A stretch of 64,000 bases of DNA from an uncultured Chloroflexia bacterium (GCA_963746845.1 CAVVCZ010000004.1:544001-608000), one strand, 5' to 3'; shown: positions 9,013-20,137, numbered from the stretch's first letter. Notes: generated by a model not told the origin, from the letters alone. Program-made: numbers and translations.

Positions 9013-9393
9013 TCAGGCGGCCGGCTTGAACTGCCAGATGCCGATCAGGTTGCCGTCGGGGTCCTTCAGCCACGCGGCGAAGCCCGCGCCGACGTCGGCG
9101 ATCCCGTCGACGGTCTTCGGCGTCTCGTAGCTCTCGAAGACAACGCCCTTCTTCCGGAGCGCCGCGATCTCGTCCTGGATGCTCGTGACCCGGAACGCCA
9201 TCTGGGTGTGTGTGCCGGCGGCTGTGCCGGCGCTCCGCGAGACCGCGAAGAACGTCCCGCCGCCCGCGTCGTAGTAGACCGTGGTCGGGGTCTCCTGTTG
9301 GACCCTGAACCCGAGGACGTCCTCGTAGAACCGCCTCAGGGCCGACACGTCGGCCGTGGGGATCGTGGCGTACACGGGATGATCCGAGAGCAT
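9013..9393 (-). CDS. VOC/glyoxalase-family protein
   Basis: RFYEDVLGF, TQMAFRV, AAWLKDPDGNLI; SD GAGGAG upstream. Confidence 0.88.
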   Translation of the reverse strand: MLSDHPVYATIPTADVSALRRFYEDVLGFRVQQETPTTVYYDAGGGTFFAVSRSAGTAAGTHTQMAFRVTSIQDEIAALRKKGVVFESYETPKTVDGIADVGAGFAAWLKDPDGNLIGIWQFKPAA

Positions 9394-9440
9394 CGCCCAC
9401 TCCTCGACGATCAGAACAACTCCCGTACGATACGCCGGTC

Positions 9441-11345
9441 ATGACGGACGCACCCCCGCTCGACCGAGGCCCGGACGCCGCGCCCCACGACCGGCTCGCG
9501 ACGCCGTACCGGACGCACACCTGCGGCGCGCTTCGCGCCGAGGATGCCGGCCGGCCGGCCCGGCTCTCCGGCTGGGTCCACCGCCGTCGCGACCATGGCC
9601 AGCTGATCTTCCTCGACCTCCGCGACCGCCACGGGATCACCCAGGTCGTCGTCGACAGGACGGACGATCCCGAGGCCCACGCGGTCGCCAGCCGCGTCCG
9701 GAGCGAGTTCGTCATCACGGTCGACGGCGTCGTCGCGGCCCGGCTCCCCGGCACGGAGAACGCACGTCTGCCGACCGGCGCGATCGAGCTCCGCGCCCGG
9801 GAGGTCCGGATCCTCAGCGAGTCGAAGACCCCGCCGTTCTACGTGAACGACCCGGATGCCCCGATCGACGAGGCGCTCCGGCTCCGGTATCGCTACCTCG
9901 ACCTCCGGCGCGAGGCGATGGCCGAGCGGCTGCTGCTGCGGAGCCGGCTCGTCCAGGCGGTCCGCCAGGTCCACCATGACCACGGCTTCATCGAGGTCGA
10001 GACGCCCAACCTGATCAAGTCCACGCCCGAAGGTGCCCGCGACTTCATCGTCCCGTCCCGGCTCCAGCCGGGCGCCGTCTACGCCCTGCCGCAGAGCCCG
10101 CAGCAGCTCAAGCAGCTCCTGATGGTGGCCGGCGTCGACCGGTACTTCCAGATCGCCCGCTGCTTCCGTGACGAGGACCTCCGCGGCGACCGGCAGCCCG
10201 AGTTCACCCAGCTCGACCTGGAGATGAGCTTCGTGGACGAGGATGCCGTGATGGCGTTCGTCGAGACGATGGTCATCGAGGTCTGCCGCGCCGCGACTCC
10301 CGAGCGCCCCATCGCGGCGATCCCGTTCCCGCGGTTCACCTACGACGAGGCGGTGGAGCGCTTCGGCAGCGACAAGCCGGACCTGCGGTTCGCGATGGAG
10401 CTGGTCGATCTCGCGCCGCTCTGGGCAGAGATGCCGTCCGGGTTCCGCGTCTTCGACGACGCCCTGGCGGGCGGCGGCCGGGTCAAGGCGATCGTGGCGC
10501 CCGGGATGGGCGGCGCCTCGCGCAAGGAGATCGACGAGCTGACCGAGCGGGCGAAGCGGTTCGGCGCGAAGGGTCTCGTCTGGCTGGCCGTGGACGATAC
10601 CGGCGCCATCCGGTCGTCGATCGCGAAGTTCCTCGGCGACGACGGCATGGATCGGCTGGTCGTCCATGCCGGCGCGGCGCCCGGCGACCTGGTCCTCGTC
10701 GTCGCGGACGACCCCGCGATCACCGCCGACGTGCTCGGCCGCCTGCGGGCCGAGCTCGGAGTCCGGCTCGGCCTTGCCGACCCCGAGGTCCTGTCGTTCT
10801 GCTGGGTCCATCGCTTCCCGATGTACCAGTGGGACGCGGACAACGGCCGCTGGGACGCGACCCACAACCCGTTCAGCGGCGTCGTCCCGGAGGACGAGCC
10901 GCTGCTGACGACCACGTCCGGGGATCCCGCCCGGCCGGACCCGGGCGATCCCGCCGGTCGCGCCCGGGCGATGCAGTACGACATCGTCCTGAACGGCTGG
11001 GAGCTCGGCGGCGGGTCGATCCGGATCCATCGTCGCGACCTGCTCGCCCGGAGCTTCGCGCTCCAGGGCCAGACCGAGACCGGCATGAAGGAGAAGTTCG
11101 GGGCGCTGCTCGAGGCGTTCGAGTACGGGCCGCCGCCACACGGCGGGATCGCGCTCGGGATCGACCGGTGGGCGGCGCTCCTCGCCCACCAGTCGAACAT
11201 CCGCGAGGTCATGGCGTTCCCGAAGACGCAGTCGGGCGGGGACCTCATGCTCGAGGCGCCGTCGCCGCCCGATCCGGCCCAGTACGAGGAGCTCGGGCTC
11301 CGGTTCGTCGGCGTGCCGGGCCGACCGACGACACCGTCCGGCTAG
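9441..11345 (+). CDS. aspS: Aspartyl-tRNA synthetase, probably non-discriminating (Asp/Asn)
   Basis: YRTHTCG, RRRDHG (His typical of non-discriminating bacterial AspRS), STPEGARDF, LPQSPQ, FRDEDLR, PPHGGIALGIDR. Confidence 0.97.
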   Translation: MTDAPPLDRGPDAAPHDRLATPYRTHTCGALRAEDAGRPARLSGWVHRRRDHGQLIFLDLRDRHGITQVVVDRTDDPEAHAVASRVRSEFVITVDGVVAARLPGTENARLPTGAIELRAREVRILSESKTPPFYVNDPDAPIDEALRLRYRYLDLRREAMAERLLLRSRLVQAVRQVHHDHGFIEVETPNLIKSTPEGARDFIVPSRLQPGAVYALPQSPQQLKQLLMVAGVDRYFQIARCFRDEDLRGDRQPEFTQLDLEMSFVDEDAVMAFVETMVIEVCRAATPERPIAAIPFPRFTYDEAVERFGSDKPDLRFAMELVDLAPLWAEMPSGFRVFDDALAGGGRVKAIVAPGMGGASRKEIDELTERAKRFGAKGLVWLAVDDTGAIRSSIAKFLGDDGMDRLVVHAGAAPGDLVLVVADDPAITADVLGRLRAELGVRLGLADPEVLSFCWVHRFPMYQWDADNGRWDATHNPFSGVVPEDEPLLTTTSGDPARPDPGDPAGRARAMQYDIVLNGWELGGGSIRIHRRDLLARSFALQGQTETGMKEKFGALLEAFEYGPPPHGGIALGIDRWAALLAHQSNIREVMAFPKTQSGGDLMLEAPSPPDPAQYEELGLRFVGVPGRPTTPSG

Positions 11346-12251
11346 GTGAGCCCGGGGGTCGAGCTCCGACGGCTGACCGGTGCGGACGTCGCGACGCTGT
11401 CGGCGGAGGTGGACCGGGCTCGCGCGGCCGACGAGATGCGCGCCTCGTCCGACGATGACGGGACGTTCCTCGCCCGGGTCTTCGCCATGGATCCGACGAT
11501 CGTCGGCGGGGCGTGGGCCGGTCCGGACCTCGTCGGGTTCGTCTCGTCCGAGTTCAAGATCACCTGGGTCCGGCCCGAGCGACGCCGGCACGGAATCGGC
11601 CGCCGCCTGATCGACCTCGTCGAGGAGATGGAGCGCGATCGGGGTCGCCCGGAGGTGATCATGGGTCGAATGCCGGACGACGAGCCGGCCCGCGAATTCC
11701 TGGTCGCAACGAGGTTCGCCTTCCACTCCGTGCTCTGGGACCTCACGCTGGAGGCCTCGACCGAGATCGCGCCGCCCGCGTGGCCGGCGGGGGTCGTCGC
11801 CCGGACCATCGATCCGGACCGGGACATCGAGCGCTGGGTTGAGCTCTTCAACTCGGCGTTCGCGAGCCACGCGACCCCGCTCCAGATCGACCCCGAGTTC
11901 GCCCGCGCCAGCCGCGATGACCCGGACTTCGACGCCGCCGATACGCTGGTCGTCGAGGACGAATTGGGCGCGCTCGTCGCCTTCTGCGCCGTGGCGCCGG
12001 TCCGCCACGGCGGCGTGGTCGAGCCGCACGGCGAGATCTGGACCGTCGGCGTCCGGCCGGATCTCCAGGGGATGGGGCTCGGCCGGCAGCTCCTGCGGTG
12101 GGGCGCCGGCTACCTGCGCTCGATCGGCGTGACCGACATCGCCCTGTCGGTCAACGGGCGGAACGAGCGGGCGCTCGGCCTGTACGAGTCGGAAGGGTTC
12201 GTCCGGACTCGCACGCGCGAGCGCTGGGCGCGCCCGGTGGGTCCGCCGTGA
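11346..12251 (+). CDS. Tandem-GNAT acetyltransferase (MshD-like architecture)
   Basis: Two acetyl-CoA motifs, VRPERRRHGIG and VRPDLQGMGLG; NERALGLYESEGF. Confidence 0.8.
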   Translation: MSPGVELRRLTGADVATLSAEVDRARAADEMRASSDDDGTFLARVFAMDPTIVGGAWAGPDLVGFVSSEFKITWVRPERRRHGIGRRLIDLVEEMERDRGRPEVIMGRMPDDEPAREFLVATRFAFHSVLWDLTLEASTEIAPPAWPAGVVARTIDPDRDIERWVELFNSAFASHATPLQIDPEFARASRDDPDFDAADTLVVEDELGALVAFCAVAPVRHGGVVEPHGEIWTVGVRPDLQGMGLGRQLLRWGAGYLRSIGVTDIALSVNGRNERALGLYESEGFVRTRTRERWARPVGPP

Positions 12252-13198
12252 TGTCGGGAACGAACGATCTCCCGCGGCCGCTCGACGCGATCGCCGCCCG
12301 GCCACGGCTCGCGGCGCTGCTCGGCGCCGTCTGCATCGCGTTCTCGGGGATCCTGTACCGCTGGGCCCTGGTCTCGCCGTCGACCGGCACCGTCTTCCGC
12401 GCGCTGTTCGGGCTGCCGTTGCTGGGGCTCGTGGCGTGGCTCGAGTACCGGCGCTATGGCGGGCTGCCGGTCCGGACGATCCGCCTCGCGCTCGTCGCCG
12501 GCGTCTTCTTCGCGGGCGATCTCCTGTTCTGGCACCACGCGATCGAGTACGTCGGCGCCGGGCTGGCGACGGTCCTCGGCAACCTGCAGGTGCTGGTCGT
12601 CGGGGTCGTCGCGTGGATCGCGTTCGGGGAACGGCCCAGCCGGTCCGTGTTCCTGGCGCTGCCGTTCGTCCTGCTCGGCGTCGCGCTGATCTCGGGCGCG
12701 TTCGGCGGCACCGCGTACGGCTCGAATCCGACCCTCGGCGTGATCCTCGGGCTGTGCACGGCGTTCTGCTACGCCGGCTACCTGCTGGTGATCCGGCGCG
12801 GCGGGCGTGACCTCCGCCGGCCGGCCGGCCCGGTCGCGATCGCGACCGTCTCGACGGCAATCGTGGCGGCCGCCGTCGGCGTCGTCGGCGGCGATCTCGA
12901 TCCGACCCCACCGCTCACGAGCCTCGCGTGGCTCGCCCTGCTCGGGCTCACGTCGCAGTCGCTCGGCTACCTGCTGATCTCGCTGTCGCTGTCCCGGCTG
13001 CCGGCGGTGATGACGTCGATGATCCTGCTGGCCCAGCCGGTCATGACGGTGGGGCTGGCGATGATCCTCCTCGGCGAGACGCCGTCGTCCTCCCAACTCG
13101 TCGGCGTCGCCCTCGTCGTGGGCGGGATCGCGGCGGCGACCCTCGGCCCGAGCGCCCGGCGGATCAGGAGCCCGCGGCAGGTCGAAGCAGGAGCGTGA
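12251..13198 (+). CDS. EamA/DMT-family transporter
   Basis: About 10 TM segments; GE motifs (FGERP, LLGETP); TGATG coupling to upstream gene. Confidence 0.88.
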   Translation: MSGTNDLPRPLDAIAARPRLAALLGAVCIAFSGILYRWALVSPSTGTVFRALFGLPLLGLVAWLEYRRYGGLPVRTIRLALVAGVFFAGDLLFWHHAIEYVGAGLATVLGNLQVLVVGVVAWIAFGERPSRSVFLALPFVLLGVALISGAFGGTAYGSNPTLGVILGLCTAFCYAGYLLVIRRGGRDLRRPAGPVAIATVSTAIVAAAVGVVGGDLDPTPPLTSLAWLALLGLTSQSLGYLLISLSLSRLPAVMTSMILLAQPVMTVGLAMILLGETPSSSQLVGVALVVGGIAAATLGPSARRIRSPRQVEAGA

Positions 13199-14396
13199 AC
13201 GTCGTGCCCCTCCCGAGCTCGCTCGAGACGTCGATCGTCCCGCCCCACGACGTGACGGTCGCGTAGGCCGTCGGCAGCCCGAGACCCGTCCCGACGCCCT
13301 CGGGCTTCGTCGAGAAGAACGGCTCGAACACGCGCGCCCGAGTCGGCTCGTCCATGCCCGTCCCGGTGTCGGACACGGCCAGCGCCACCATCGAGCCGTC
13401 ATGGGTCTCGACCGCACGACCCGCGAACCGGATCACGCCGCCGTCCGGCATCGCGTCGCGGGCATTGACCACCAGGTTCACGAGGACGTGCTCCAGCTCG
13501 GCGGGGTCGGCCAGGACGGGCGGGAGGCCAGGTTCGATCGCGGCGTCGATCCGGATGGCGGGCCCGACCGTTCCGGCCAGCATCCGCCCGGCCCGCGCCA
13601 CGAGCTCCGCCAGGTCGACCGGCTCGATCACGCCGGATCGCGTCCGGCTGAAGCTGAGGAGGTCGCGGACGAGGTCCGTGCCGCGATCACTCGCGTGGAG
13701 GATCGCCTCGGCGTCCTCCCGTGACGGCCTGTCGAGCGGTGTCTGGAGGAGGAGCTCGGCCCGACCGCGGACGATCGCGAGCAGGTTCCCGAAGTCGTGG
13801 GCGAGGCTCCCGGCGACCCGCCCGATGGCCTCGATCCTGGCGAGCTCGCGGAGCCGCCCCTCGGTCGCCTGGCGTTCGAGGGCCGCACCGATGATCCCGG
13901 CGGCGGCGCGCAGCGCGTCCAGCTCCGGAGCGGTCCAGATGCGATCGGGGTCGGCGTCGTCGTAGCCGACGTGGCCCCACCATCGGCCGGCGACCCGGAT
14001 CGGCGTGACGACGATCGACCCGACCCGGTCGGCGGCCAGCAGCACGCGCTCGTCGTCCGGCATCTCGCCGATCCTGCCGGCGACCAGCCGGCCGGCCGCC
14101 AGCTCTCGTTCCCAGCGGGGGAAGTAGAGCAGCCCGCGCGGATCGGGTGTCGCGACGAGGGCATGGACGCCGGGACCATCCCACTCGGCCCACGGCCGCA
14201 TGTGGGAGCCGTCGTCACCGACGATCCGCTCGATCAGCGCCACACGGCCCGCGCCGGCGGCCGTCCCGAGCCGGGCGAGGACCTCGGGGAGGCCGTCGTC
14301 GAGCGGGTCGCCGGCGAGGAACCGCTCGGCGGCGAAGGTCACCGCCTCGAGGATGACCTCGCGCCGGTCGATCGGGGCGCTGGCGTCGTCGACGAT
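13164..14396 (-). CDS. Soluble GAF-domain sensor histidine kinase (start uncertain)
   Basis: GAF (SIVVTPI...WWGHVGYDD...RIWT), H-box AHDFGNLL, N-box LVNLVVNARDAM, DTGTGM, FEPFFSTK, GTGLGL; no TM or receiver domain; first canonical start is GTG 14342. Confidence 0.85.
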   Translation of the reverse strand: MVDDASAPIDRREVILEAVTFAAERFLAGDPLDDGLPEVLARLGTAAGAGRVALIERIVGDDGSHMRPWAEWDGPGVHALVATPDPRGLLYFPRWERELAAGRLVAGRIGEMPDDERVLLAADRVGSIVVTPIRVAGRWWGHVGYDDADPDRIWTAPELDALRAAAGIIGAALERQATEGRLRELARIEAIGRVAGSLAHDFGNLLAIVRGRAELLLQTPLDRPSREDAEAILHASDRGTDLVRDLLSFSRTRSGVIEPVDLAELVARAGRMLAGTVGPAIRIDAAIEPGLPPVLADPAELEHVLVNLVVNARDAMPDGGVIRFAGRAVETHDGSMVALAVSDTGTGMDEPTRARVFEPFFSTKPEGVGTGLGLPTAYATVTSWGGTIDVSSELGRGTTFTLLLRPAAGS

Positions 14397-14400
14397 GACG

Positions 14401-15108
14401 TCAGTCGCCGGGCTCGGCGGCCTGGGCGAACGGCGCGAGCGACGGTCCTTCGAGCGGCGCGTCGTCCGACACGTCGGCCGCCCCTGCGCCCCACTCGTGG
14501 ACGTGGCCCGCGACGGGCTCGAGTGGCCCGACGTATGGCGGCAGCTGGGATCGTGGTGTCCGGCCGTCGATCGCGACGCCCGGGTCGCCGAGGTCGGCGG
14601 TTCGCTCGTCGAGGCCACCGGCTCGCAGGTCGGCCAGGACGTCCATCGGCATCCGGTCCGGGCCGACCGCCCGCAGCGCGTCGAGGGCGTCCGTCGGCAG
14701 GAGCGCCGGCCAGCCCGCCTCGTCGTCCCACGTCGGACGGAGGAGCGCGTCCGGGACGGCTCCGTGGAGCTCGATCAGGGAGGTGACGGTCTCGGGGCCG
14801 ACCCACGTCAGGCGGGCCGGCCACAGCAGGACCCCGTCGGTCTCGGTCACCTCGGCGATGGCGACCTCGGCACCACGAGCCATCTGGGCGGCAGGACCCC
14901 GCTCCGGCGGCGCGGGCTCGGCCAGCGTCACGGGCGCACCCGCGAGTGCGGCCGCGACCTCGCCCGCCGGGTCGAACGAGACGACGACGACCGGGGTCGC
15001 CCCGCCGGACCACGCGACGTCGGCGATCCGCCGGACCGCGGGCAGCCCGTCCGCGTCGGCGAGCGCCGATTCGAGCGAGGCGGCGAGGATCACGGCGGCC
15101 ACGGTCAC
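14401..15108 (-). CDS. MobA/MocA-like NTP-transferase-fold protein (degenerate)
   Basis: VAAVILAA, PVVVV, GWPALLP, DPGVAID; TAGCAT 6 nt before GTG. Confidence 0.65.
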   Translation of the reverse strand: MTVAAVILAASLESALADADGLPAVRRIADVAWSGGATPVVVVSFDPAGEVAAALAGAPVTLAEPAPPERGPAAQMARGAEVAIAEVTETDGVLLWPARLTWVGPETVTSLIELHGAVPDALLRPTWDDEAGWPALLPTDALDALRAVGPDRMPMDVLADLRAGGLDERTADLGDPGVAIDGRTPRSQLPPYVGPLEPVAGHVHEWGAGAADVSDDAPLEGPSLAPFAQAAEPGD

Positions 15109-15223
15109 GGCTCGATGCTAGCAGCGGCCCGGTTCAAGAGTCGGCATTCCGTGCGAGAATGACCGGCCCCCGAACCAGGAGCCCCGCCACCTCGTGCCCG
15201 CCGCCAGCCAGAATGCCCCAGTC

Positions 15224-17128
15224 ATGACCAGCGCCAGCGCCACCCGCGCCGACCTGCGCAACGTCGCGATCGTCGCTCATGTCGATCACGGCAAGACCAC
15301 CCTCGTCGATGCGATGCTCCGCCAGACGGGCACGTTCCGCTCGAACGAGGCATTGGTCGATCGCGTCCTCGACTCGGGCGATCTCGAGCGGGAGAAGGGG
15401 ATCACGATCCTCGCCAAGCAGACGACGGTCGACCACGGCGGGGTCCGGCTGAACATCGTCGACACGCCGGGCCACGCCGACTTCGGCGGCGAGGTCGAGC
15501 GGAGCCTGCTGATGGTGGACTCCGTGCTCCTGCTCGTGGACGCCGCGGAGGGGCCGCTGCCCCAGACCCGGTACGTCCTCCAGAAGGCGATGGCCCGCCA
15601 CCTGCCGGTCGTCGTCGCGCTCAACAAGATCGACCGCGGCGACGCCCGCCCGGCGGAGGTCCTCGACGAGGTCTACGAGCTGTTCATCGACCTCGGCGCC
15701 GACGAGCATCAGATCGAGTTCCCGGTCCTGTACACGAACGCGAAGGCCGGAACGGCCTCGCGGTCGCCCGACGAGCCCGGGGTGGACCTCCGTCCGCTCC
15801 TCGACACGCTGATCGCGGTCACGCCACCGCCGAGCCACGAGCCCGGCCATCCGCTCCAGCTGCTGGTCACGAACCTGATGGCGAACGACTACGTCGGGCG
15901 GATGGCGGTCGGGCGGATCTGGAACGGCACGATCCGGATGGGCCAGAAGGTCACCGTCGTCCGCGAGGAGGCCGACGACACCGCCGGCGCCGTCGAGCCG
16001 GGGCGGACCGTGACCCTGAGCGGGACGGTGACTTCGCTCCAGACGGCGAAGGGGATCGACCGGATCGACATCGCCGAGGCGGGTCCTGGCGACATCGTCT
16101 CGGTGGCCGGCCTGCCGGAGGTCACGATCGGCGACACGCTCACCGATCCGGCGGATCCGCGACCGCTCCCGCGGCTCGACGTGGACGCACCGACCCTGCG
16201 AATGACGTTCGGCGTCAACACGTCGCCGTTGTCGGGCCGGGAGGGCAGGTACGTCACCAGCCGCCAGATCAAGAGCCGTCTCGACAAGGAAACGCTCGGA
16301 AACGTCTCGATCGAGGTCCACCCGACCGAGTCGGGTGACACGTTCGAGGTCCGTGGTCGCGGCGAGCTCCAGCTCGCGGTGCTGATCGAGCAGATGCGGC
16401 GCGAAGGCTTCGAGCTGACCGCCTCCCGACCCGAGGTTCTCCTCCACACCGTCGATGGCGAGGTCCAGGAGCCATACGAGCGGATCACGATCGACATCCC
16501 GCCCGACTACATCGGCGAGGTCCAGGGGGCGCTCGCGGACCGCAAGGGACGTCTCGAGCAGATCTCGACCGACACCGACGGGCGCGTCCGCATGGAATAT
16601 GTCCTCCCGGTGCGCGGCCTGATCGGCTATCGGGGCCAGCTCCTGACCGACACGCGCGGGACCGCGCTGCTCCACCAGATCGGCGAGGGCTACGGCCCGT
16701 GGGCGGGCGAGGTGACGCACCGGACGAACGGCGTGCTCGTCAGTGACCGCTCGGGCACCTCGAATGCCTATGGCCTGTTCAACCTCGAGCAGCGGGCCGA
16801 GCTGTTCATCGGCGCCGGAGTCGAGGTCTACGAGGGGATGATCGTCGGCGAGAACTCGCGGTCGGGTGACATGGATGTCAACCCGACGAAGGAGAAGAAG
16901 CTGACGAACATCCGGACGCACTCGCACGACGAGTCACTCCGCCTGACGCCGGCACGACCGCTCACCCTGGAGTCGGCGATCGAGTTCATCGCGGTCGACG
17001 AGCTGGTCGAGGTGACGCCTCAGTCGATCCGGTTGCGGAAGCGGGCCCTGTCGCAGCACGACCGGCGACGCGAGCGCGGTCGCGAAGAGGACCTGCGGCG
17101 CTCCGGCGAGCGCGAGGCGGCCGACTAG
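15224..17128 (+). CDS. typA: Translational GTPase TypA/BipA
   Basis: AHVDHGKTT, EREKGITI, DTPGHADFGGEVER, NKID, GRGELQL, KKLTNIR. Confidence 0.97.
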   Translation: MTSASATRADLRNVAIVAHVDHGKTTLVDAMLRQTGTFRSNEALVDRVLDSGDLEREKGITILAKQTTVDHGGVRLNIVDTPGHADFGGEVERSLLMVDSVLLLVDAAEGPLPQTRYVLQKAMARHLPVVVALNKIDRGDARPAEVLDEVYELFIDLGADEHQIEFPVLYTNAKAGTASRSPDEPGVDLRPLLDTLIAVTPPPSHEPGHPLQLLVTNLMANDYVGRMAVGRIWNGTIRMGQKVTVVREEADDTAGAVEPGRTVTLSGTVTSLQTAKGIDRIDIAEAGPGDIVSVAGLPEVTIGDTLTDPADPRPLPRLDVDAPTLRMTFGVNTSPLSGREGRYVTSRQIKSRLDKETLGNVSIEVHPTESGDTFEVRGRGELQLAVLIEQMRREGFELTASRPEVLLHTVDGEVQEPYERITIDIPPDYIGEVQGALADRKGRLEQISTDTDGRVRMEYVLPVRGLIGYRGQLLTDTRGTALLHQIGEGYGPWAGEVTHRTNGVLVSDRSGTSNAYGLFNLEQRAELFIGAGVEVYEGMIVGENSRSGDMDVNPTKEKKLTNIRTHSHDESLRLTPARPLTLESAIEFIAVDELVEVTPQSIRLRKRALSQHDRRRERGREEDLRRSGEREAAD

Positions 17129-17472
17129 CCGACCCGACCCCGGTGGACGGAGCCGACGCGAACGACCAGCGCGTCATGGACGGCACCATCATCGAACGAA
17201 TGGTCCACGAGCTCGATGAGGACCGGCTCGAGCGCGCGACGCGGATCGTCGTCGGTTCCCCCATCGGGTGTGGACGGCGCCGTCACCGCCCGCCACGCCC
17301 ACGGCTCATCGCTCTCCTGGACGCCACGCGGCCAGCCGAGCCCGCGATCCGGCGGCACGAACAGCTGGGCCATGCCGTCGCCCGCGCGCCCGAGCGACTG
17401 CACCATGAGGCGCGGACCGAACCACACGATCGCGGCGGCGGCGACGGCGACGACGAGGCTGGACGGGTCCAT
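17125..17472 (-). CDS. Small hypothetical protein with N-terminal TM
   Basis: MDPSSLVVAVAAAAIVWFG...LGWPRGVQESDEPWAW; SD GGAG; stop overlaps the typA stop (ctag). Confidence 0.6.
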   Translation of the reverse strand: MDPSSLVVAVAAAAIVWFGPRLMVQSLGRAGDGMAQLFVPPDRGLGWPRGVQESDEPWAWRAVTAPSTPDGGTDDDPRRALEPVLIELVDHSFDDGAVHDALVVRVGSVHRGRVG

Positions 17473-17553
17473 GCGGGTCTCCGGAGATGCCTCATTGTCG
17501 CGCGCCGGGCAAGCCGCCGGCGACGCGTGGGGTGCCGCGTACAATCGGCGACG

Positions 17554-18738
17554 ATGGTGATCTACCTCGACCACGCAGCGACGACCCCGCTCCGTCCGGA
17601 GGTCCTCGAGGCGATGCTCCCGTATCTCACCGGTGCCTTCGGCAACGCCTCGTCGTCCCATGCGTTCGGCCGGGCGGCCCGGGCCGCGCTCGACGACGCG
17701 CACGAGCGGATCGCGAAGCGGATCGGGGCGGAGGCCCGCGAGATCGTCCTGACGTCGGGTGGGACGGAGGCCCTGAACCTCGGGCTGAAGGGTGCCGCAT
17801 GGGCCGGCAAGGGCCACGGGCACCGGATCGTCACGTCGTCGGTCGAGCACCACGCCGTCGGCCACGCCCTGCGCTATCTGGAGAAGTTCGGGTTCGAGGT
17901 CGTCGAGCTGCCGGTCGACCGCTACGGTCGTGTGGACCCCGACCAGGTCGAGGCGGCGATCACGGACAAGACGATCCTCGTCGCGGTCATGCTCGCGAAC
18001 AACGAGGTGGGCACGATCCAGCCGATCGCAGACATTGGCAGGCGCGTCCGCAAGCATCGCGGGGTGCTGTTCGCGGTGGATGCGGTGCAGGCGGCGCCAT
18101 ACCTCGAGATCGACGTCGAGACGCTCGGCGCGGACCTGCTCGCGATCAGCGCCCACAAGTTCGAGGGGCCGAAGGGCATCGGGGCGCTGTATCTCCGCCA
18201 CGGGACCCACATCCTCGCCCAGCAGCAGGGCGGTGAGCAGGAGCGTCATCGTCGCGGCGGGACGGAGAACGTTGCCGGTGCGGTCGGGATGGCGGCCGCG
18301 TTCGAGCTCGCGACCGGCGAGCGGGCCGAGACCGTGAAGCGGCTCCGTCGGCTCCGGGAGCGGCTCCAGAAGGCGGCCCTCGCGGTCGATGGCGTCGAGC
18401 TCACGGGTCATCCGAAGGATCGCCTGCCCGGTCACCTGTCGCTCATCGGACGAGACACCGACGGGTCCGCCGTCGCCGTGTCGCTGGATCTGAACGGGAT
18501 CGCGGTGTCGGTCGGCTCCGCGTGCACGAGCGGCTCGACCGAGGTCTCGCATGTTCTCTCGGCGATGGGCTACCCGGAGGAGGAAGCGCGCGGCGCGCTG
18601 CGACTCACGCTCGGACGGACGACGACGGAGGCCGAGATCGAGGAGGCATCGGGCATCGTCCCGGGGGTCCTCGCGGCGATGCGGATCGGCGCGGCGGCGG
18701 TCGCGGCGGATCCCCTCGGGCAGGGCCTGCCGGCGTGA
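17554..18738 (+). CDS. iscS: Cysteine desulfurase (IscS/NifS type)
   Basis: [40 protein letters not shown]; adjacent to mnmA. Confidence 0.93.
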   Translation: MVIYLDHAATTPLRPEVLEAMLPYLTGAFGNASSSHAFGRAARAALDDAHERIAKRIGAEAREIVLTSGGTEALNLGLKGAAWAGKGHGHRIVTSSVEHHAVGHALRYLEKFGFEVVELPVDRYGRVDPDQVEAAITDKTILVAVMLANNEVGTIQPIADIGRRVRKHRGVLFAVDAVQAAPYLEIDVETLGADLLAISAHKFEGPKGIGALYLRHGTHILAQQQGGEQERHRRGGTENVAGAVGMAAAFELATGERAETVKRLRRLRERLQKAALAVDGVELTGHPKDRLPGHLSLIGRDTDGSAVAVSLDLNGIAVSVGSACTSGSTEVSHVLSAMGYPEEEARGALRLTLGRTTTEAEIEEASGIVPGVLAAMRIGAAAVAADPLGQGLPA

Positions 18739-19856
18739 CGCGGATCCTCATGGCGATGTCCGGCGGGGTGGACTCGTCCGTCGCCGCCGCGCTGCTCCAT
18801 CGCCAGGGTCACGAGGTCGTCGGCGTGTGGATGCGTCTCCACGACGTCGCCGACGCCTACTCCGAGTTCAAGAAGAGCTGCTGCTCACTCGACGCCGCCG
18901 ATGACGCCCGGCGGGTCGCCGCCCAGCTGGACATCCCGTTCTACGTGATGAACCTCGAGCGCGAGTTCGACGCCGGCGTGCTGCAGCCGTTCCTCACGGC
19001 CTATCTCGACGGCCGGACGCCCAGCCCGTGCGTGGACTGCAACACGTACGTGAAGTTCGGGGCCCTGCTCGGACGTGCCCGCAACCTGTACGACTGCGAG
19101 GCGGTCGCGACCGGCCACTACGCGCGGCGCGCGGTCGGGCCGGACGGCGCGCCGCGGCTCATCCGCGCCCGCGACGAGGACAAGGACCAGACCTACTTCC
19201 TGTACGGACTCCGGCGCGACCAGCTGGACCATGCGCGGTTCCCGCTCGGCGAGCTGACAAAGCCGGAGGTGCGTGCCATCGCCCGAGACCTCGGCCTCGC
19301 GACCGCCGACAAGCCGGAGAGCCAGGAGATCTGCTTCGTGCCCGGCGGCGACTACCGCGACGCCCTCCGGGAGCGGGCTGGCTGGCGACCCGAGCCGGGA
19401 CCGGTCGTGGACGCCGGTGGGGCGGTCGTCGGCGAGCACGGCGGGTCGGCGGGCTTCACCGTGGGTCAGCGGCGCGGGATCGGCATCGCGGCCGACGCGC
19501 CCCGCTACGTCAGCCGGATCGACCCGTTGTCGAACACGATCCAGCTCGGCCGGCGCGAGGACCTCGAGACAACGACGATCCCGCTCAGCGGCGTGACGTT
19601 CGTCGCCGACGAACCACCGGCGGGCCGGTCCGGCTCCTTCCGTGCCCAGGTCCGGATCCGCCATCGGGCGATTCCGATCCCGGCGACGGTCAGGCCGTCG
19701 GGCCACGCGGAGCCGCGCCGCGGCGGGCGATGGGTCGTCGAGACCGATGCGCCGGTCTGGGCGGCGGCGCCCGGACAGGCCGCCGTCCTGTACGACGACG
19801 AGGTCGTCCTCGGTGGCGGACGGATCGAGCGGGCCGTCGCGGTGGACGCGGCGTGA
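18735..19856 (+). CDS. mnmA: tRNA 2-thiouridylase MnmA
   Basis: [55 protein letters not shown]. Confidence 0.96.
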   Translation: MTRILMAMSGGVDSSVAAALLHRQGHEVVGVWMRLHDVADAYSEFKKSCCSLDAADDARRVAAQLDIPFYVMNLEREFDAGVLQPFLTAYLDGRTPSPCVDCNTYVKFGALLGRARNLYDCEAVATGHYARRAVGPDGAPRLIRARDEDKDQTYFLYGLRRDQLDHARFPLGELTKPEVRAIARDLGLATADKPESQEICFVPGGDYRDALRERAGWRPEPGPVVDAGGAVVGEHGGSAGFTVGQRRGIGIAADAPRYVSRIDPLSNTIQLGRREDLETTTIPLSGVTFVADEPPAGRSGSFRAQVRIRHRAIPIPATVRPSGHAEPRRGGRWVVETDAPVWAAAPGQAAVLYDDEVVLGGGRIERAVAVDAA

Positions 19857-20137
19857 TCGGCCCGGCGCCGGTCCTGGCCCTCCTGGTGGGGATCTTCCAG
19901 GTCGCCCTGTTCGTCCTGATCCGCGGCTCGGCCGGCGGTCAGCTGCCGCTCCTCGTCATCGCGGCGTTCCTCGGGGCCTGGGCGGGTGATGCGATCGGCG
20001 CCCGGCTCGGGATCAACCTGCTCCAGATCGGGGACTTCCACCTGGTCGCGGCGTCGATCCTCGCGTGGGTCGGGATCGGCGTGGTGGCCCTCGTGGCGGT
20101 GCTCGGGCCGACGCGTGGCTCGAAGGTCGGCTCATGA
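19853..20137 (+). CDS. Small 3-TM membrane protein
   Basis: 94 aa, hydrophobic; overlaps both neighbours by 4 nt. Confidence 0.7.
   Translation: MIGPAPVLALLVGIFQVALFVLIRGSAGGQLPLLVIAAFLGAWAGDAIGARLGINLLQIGDFHLVAASILAWVGIGVVALVAVLGPTRGSKVGS

Noticed and set aside
15127-15175. Hairpin between the divergent MocA-like and typA promoters
   Set aside because: Short interrupted stems (ggttc/gaacc, cattc/gaatg) that cannot be distinguished from chance without homologues.
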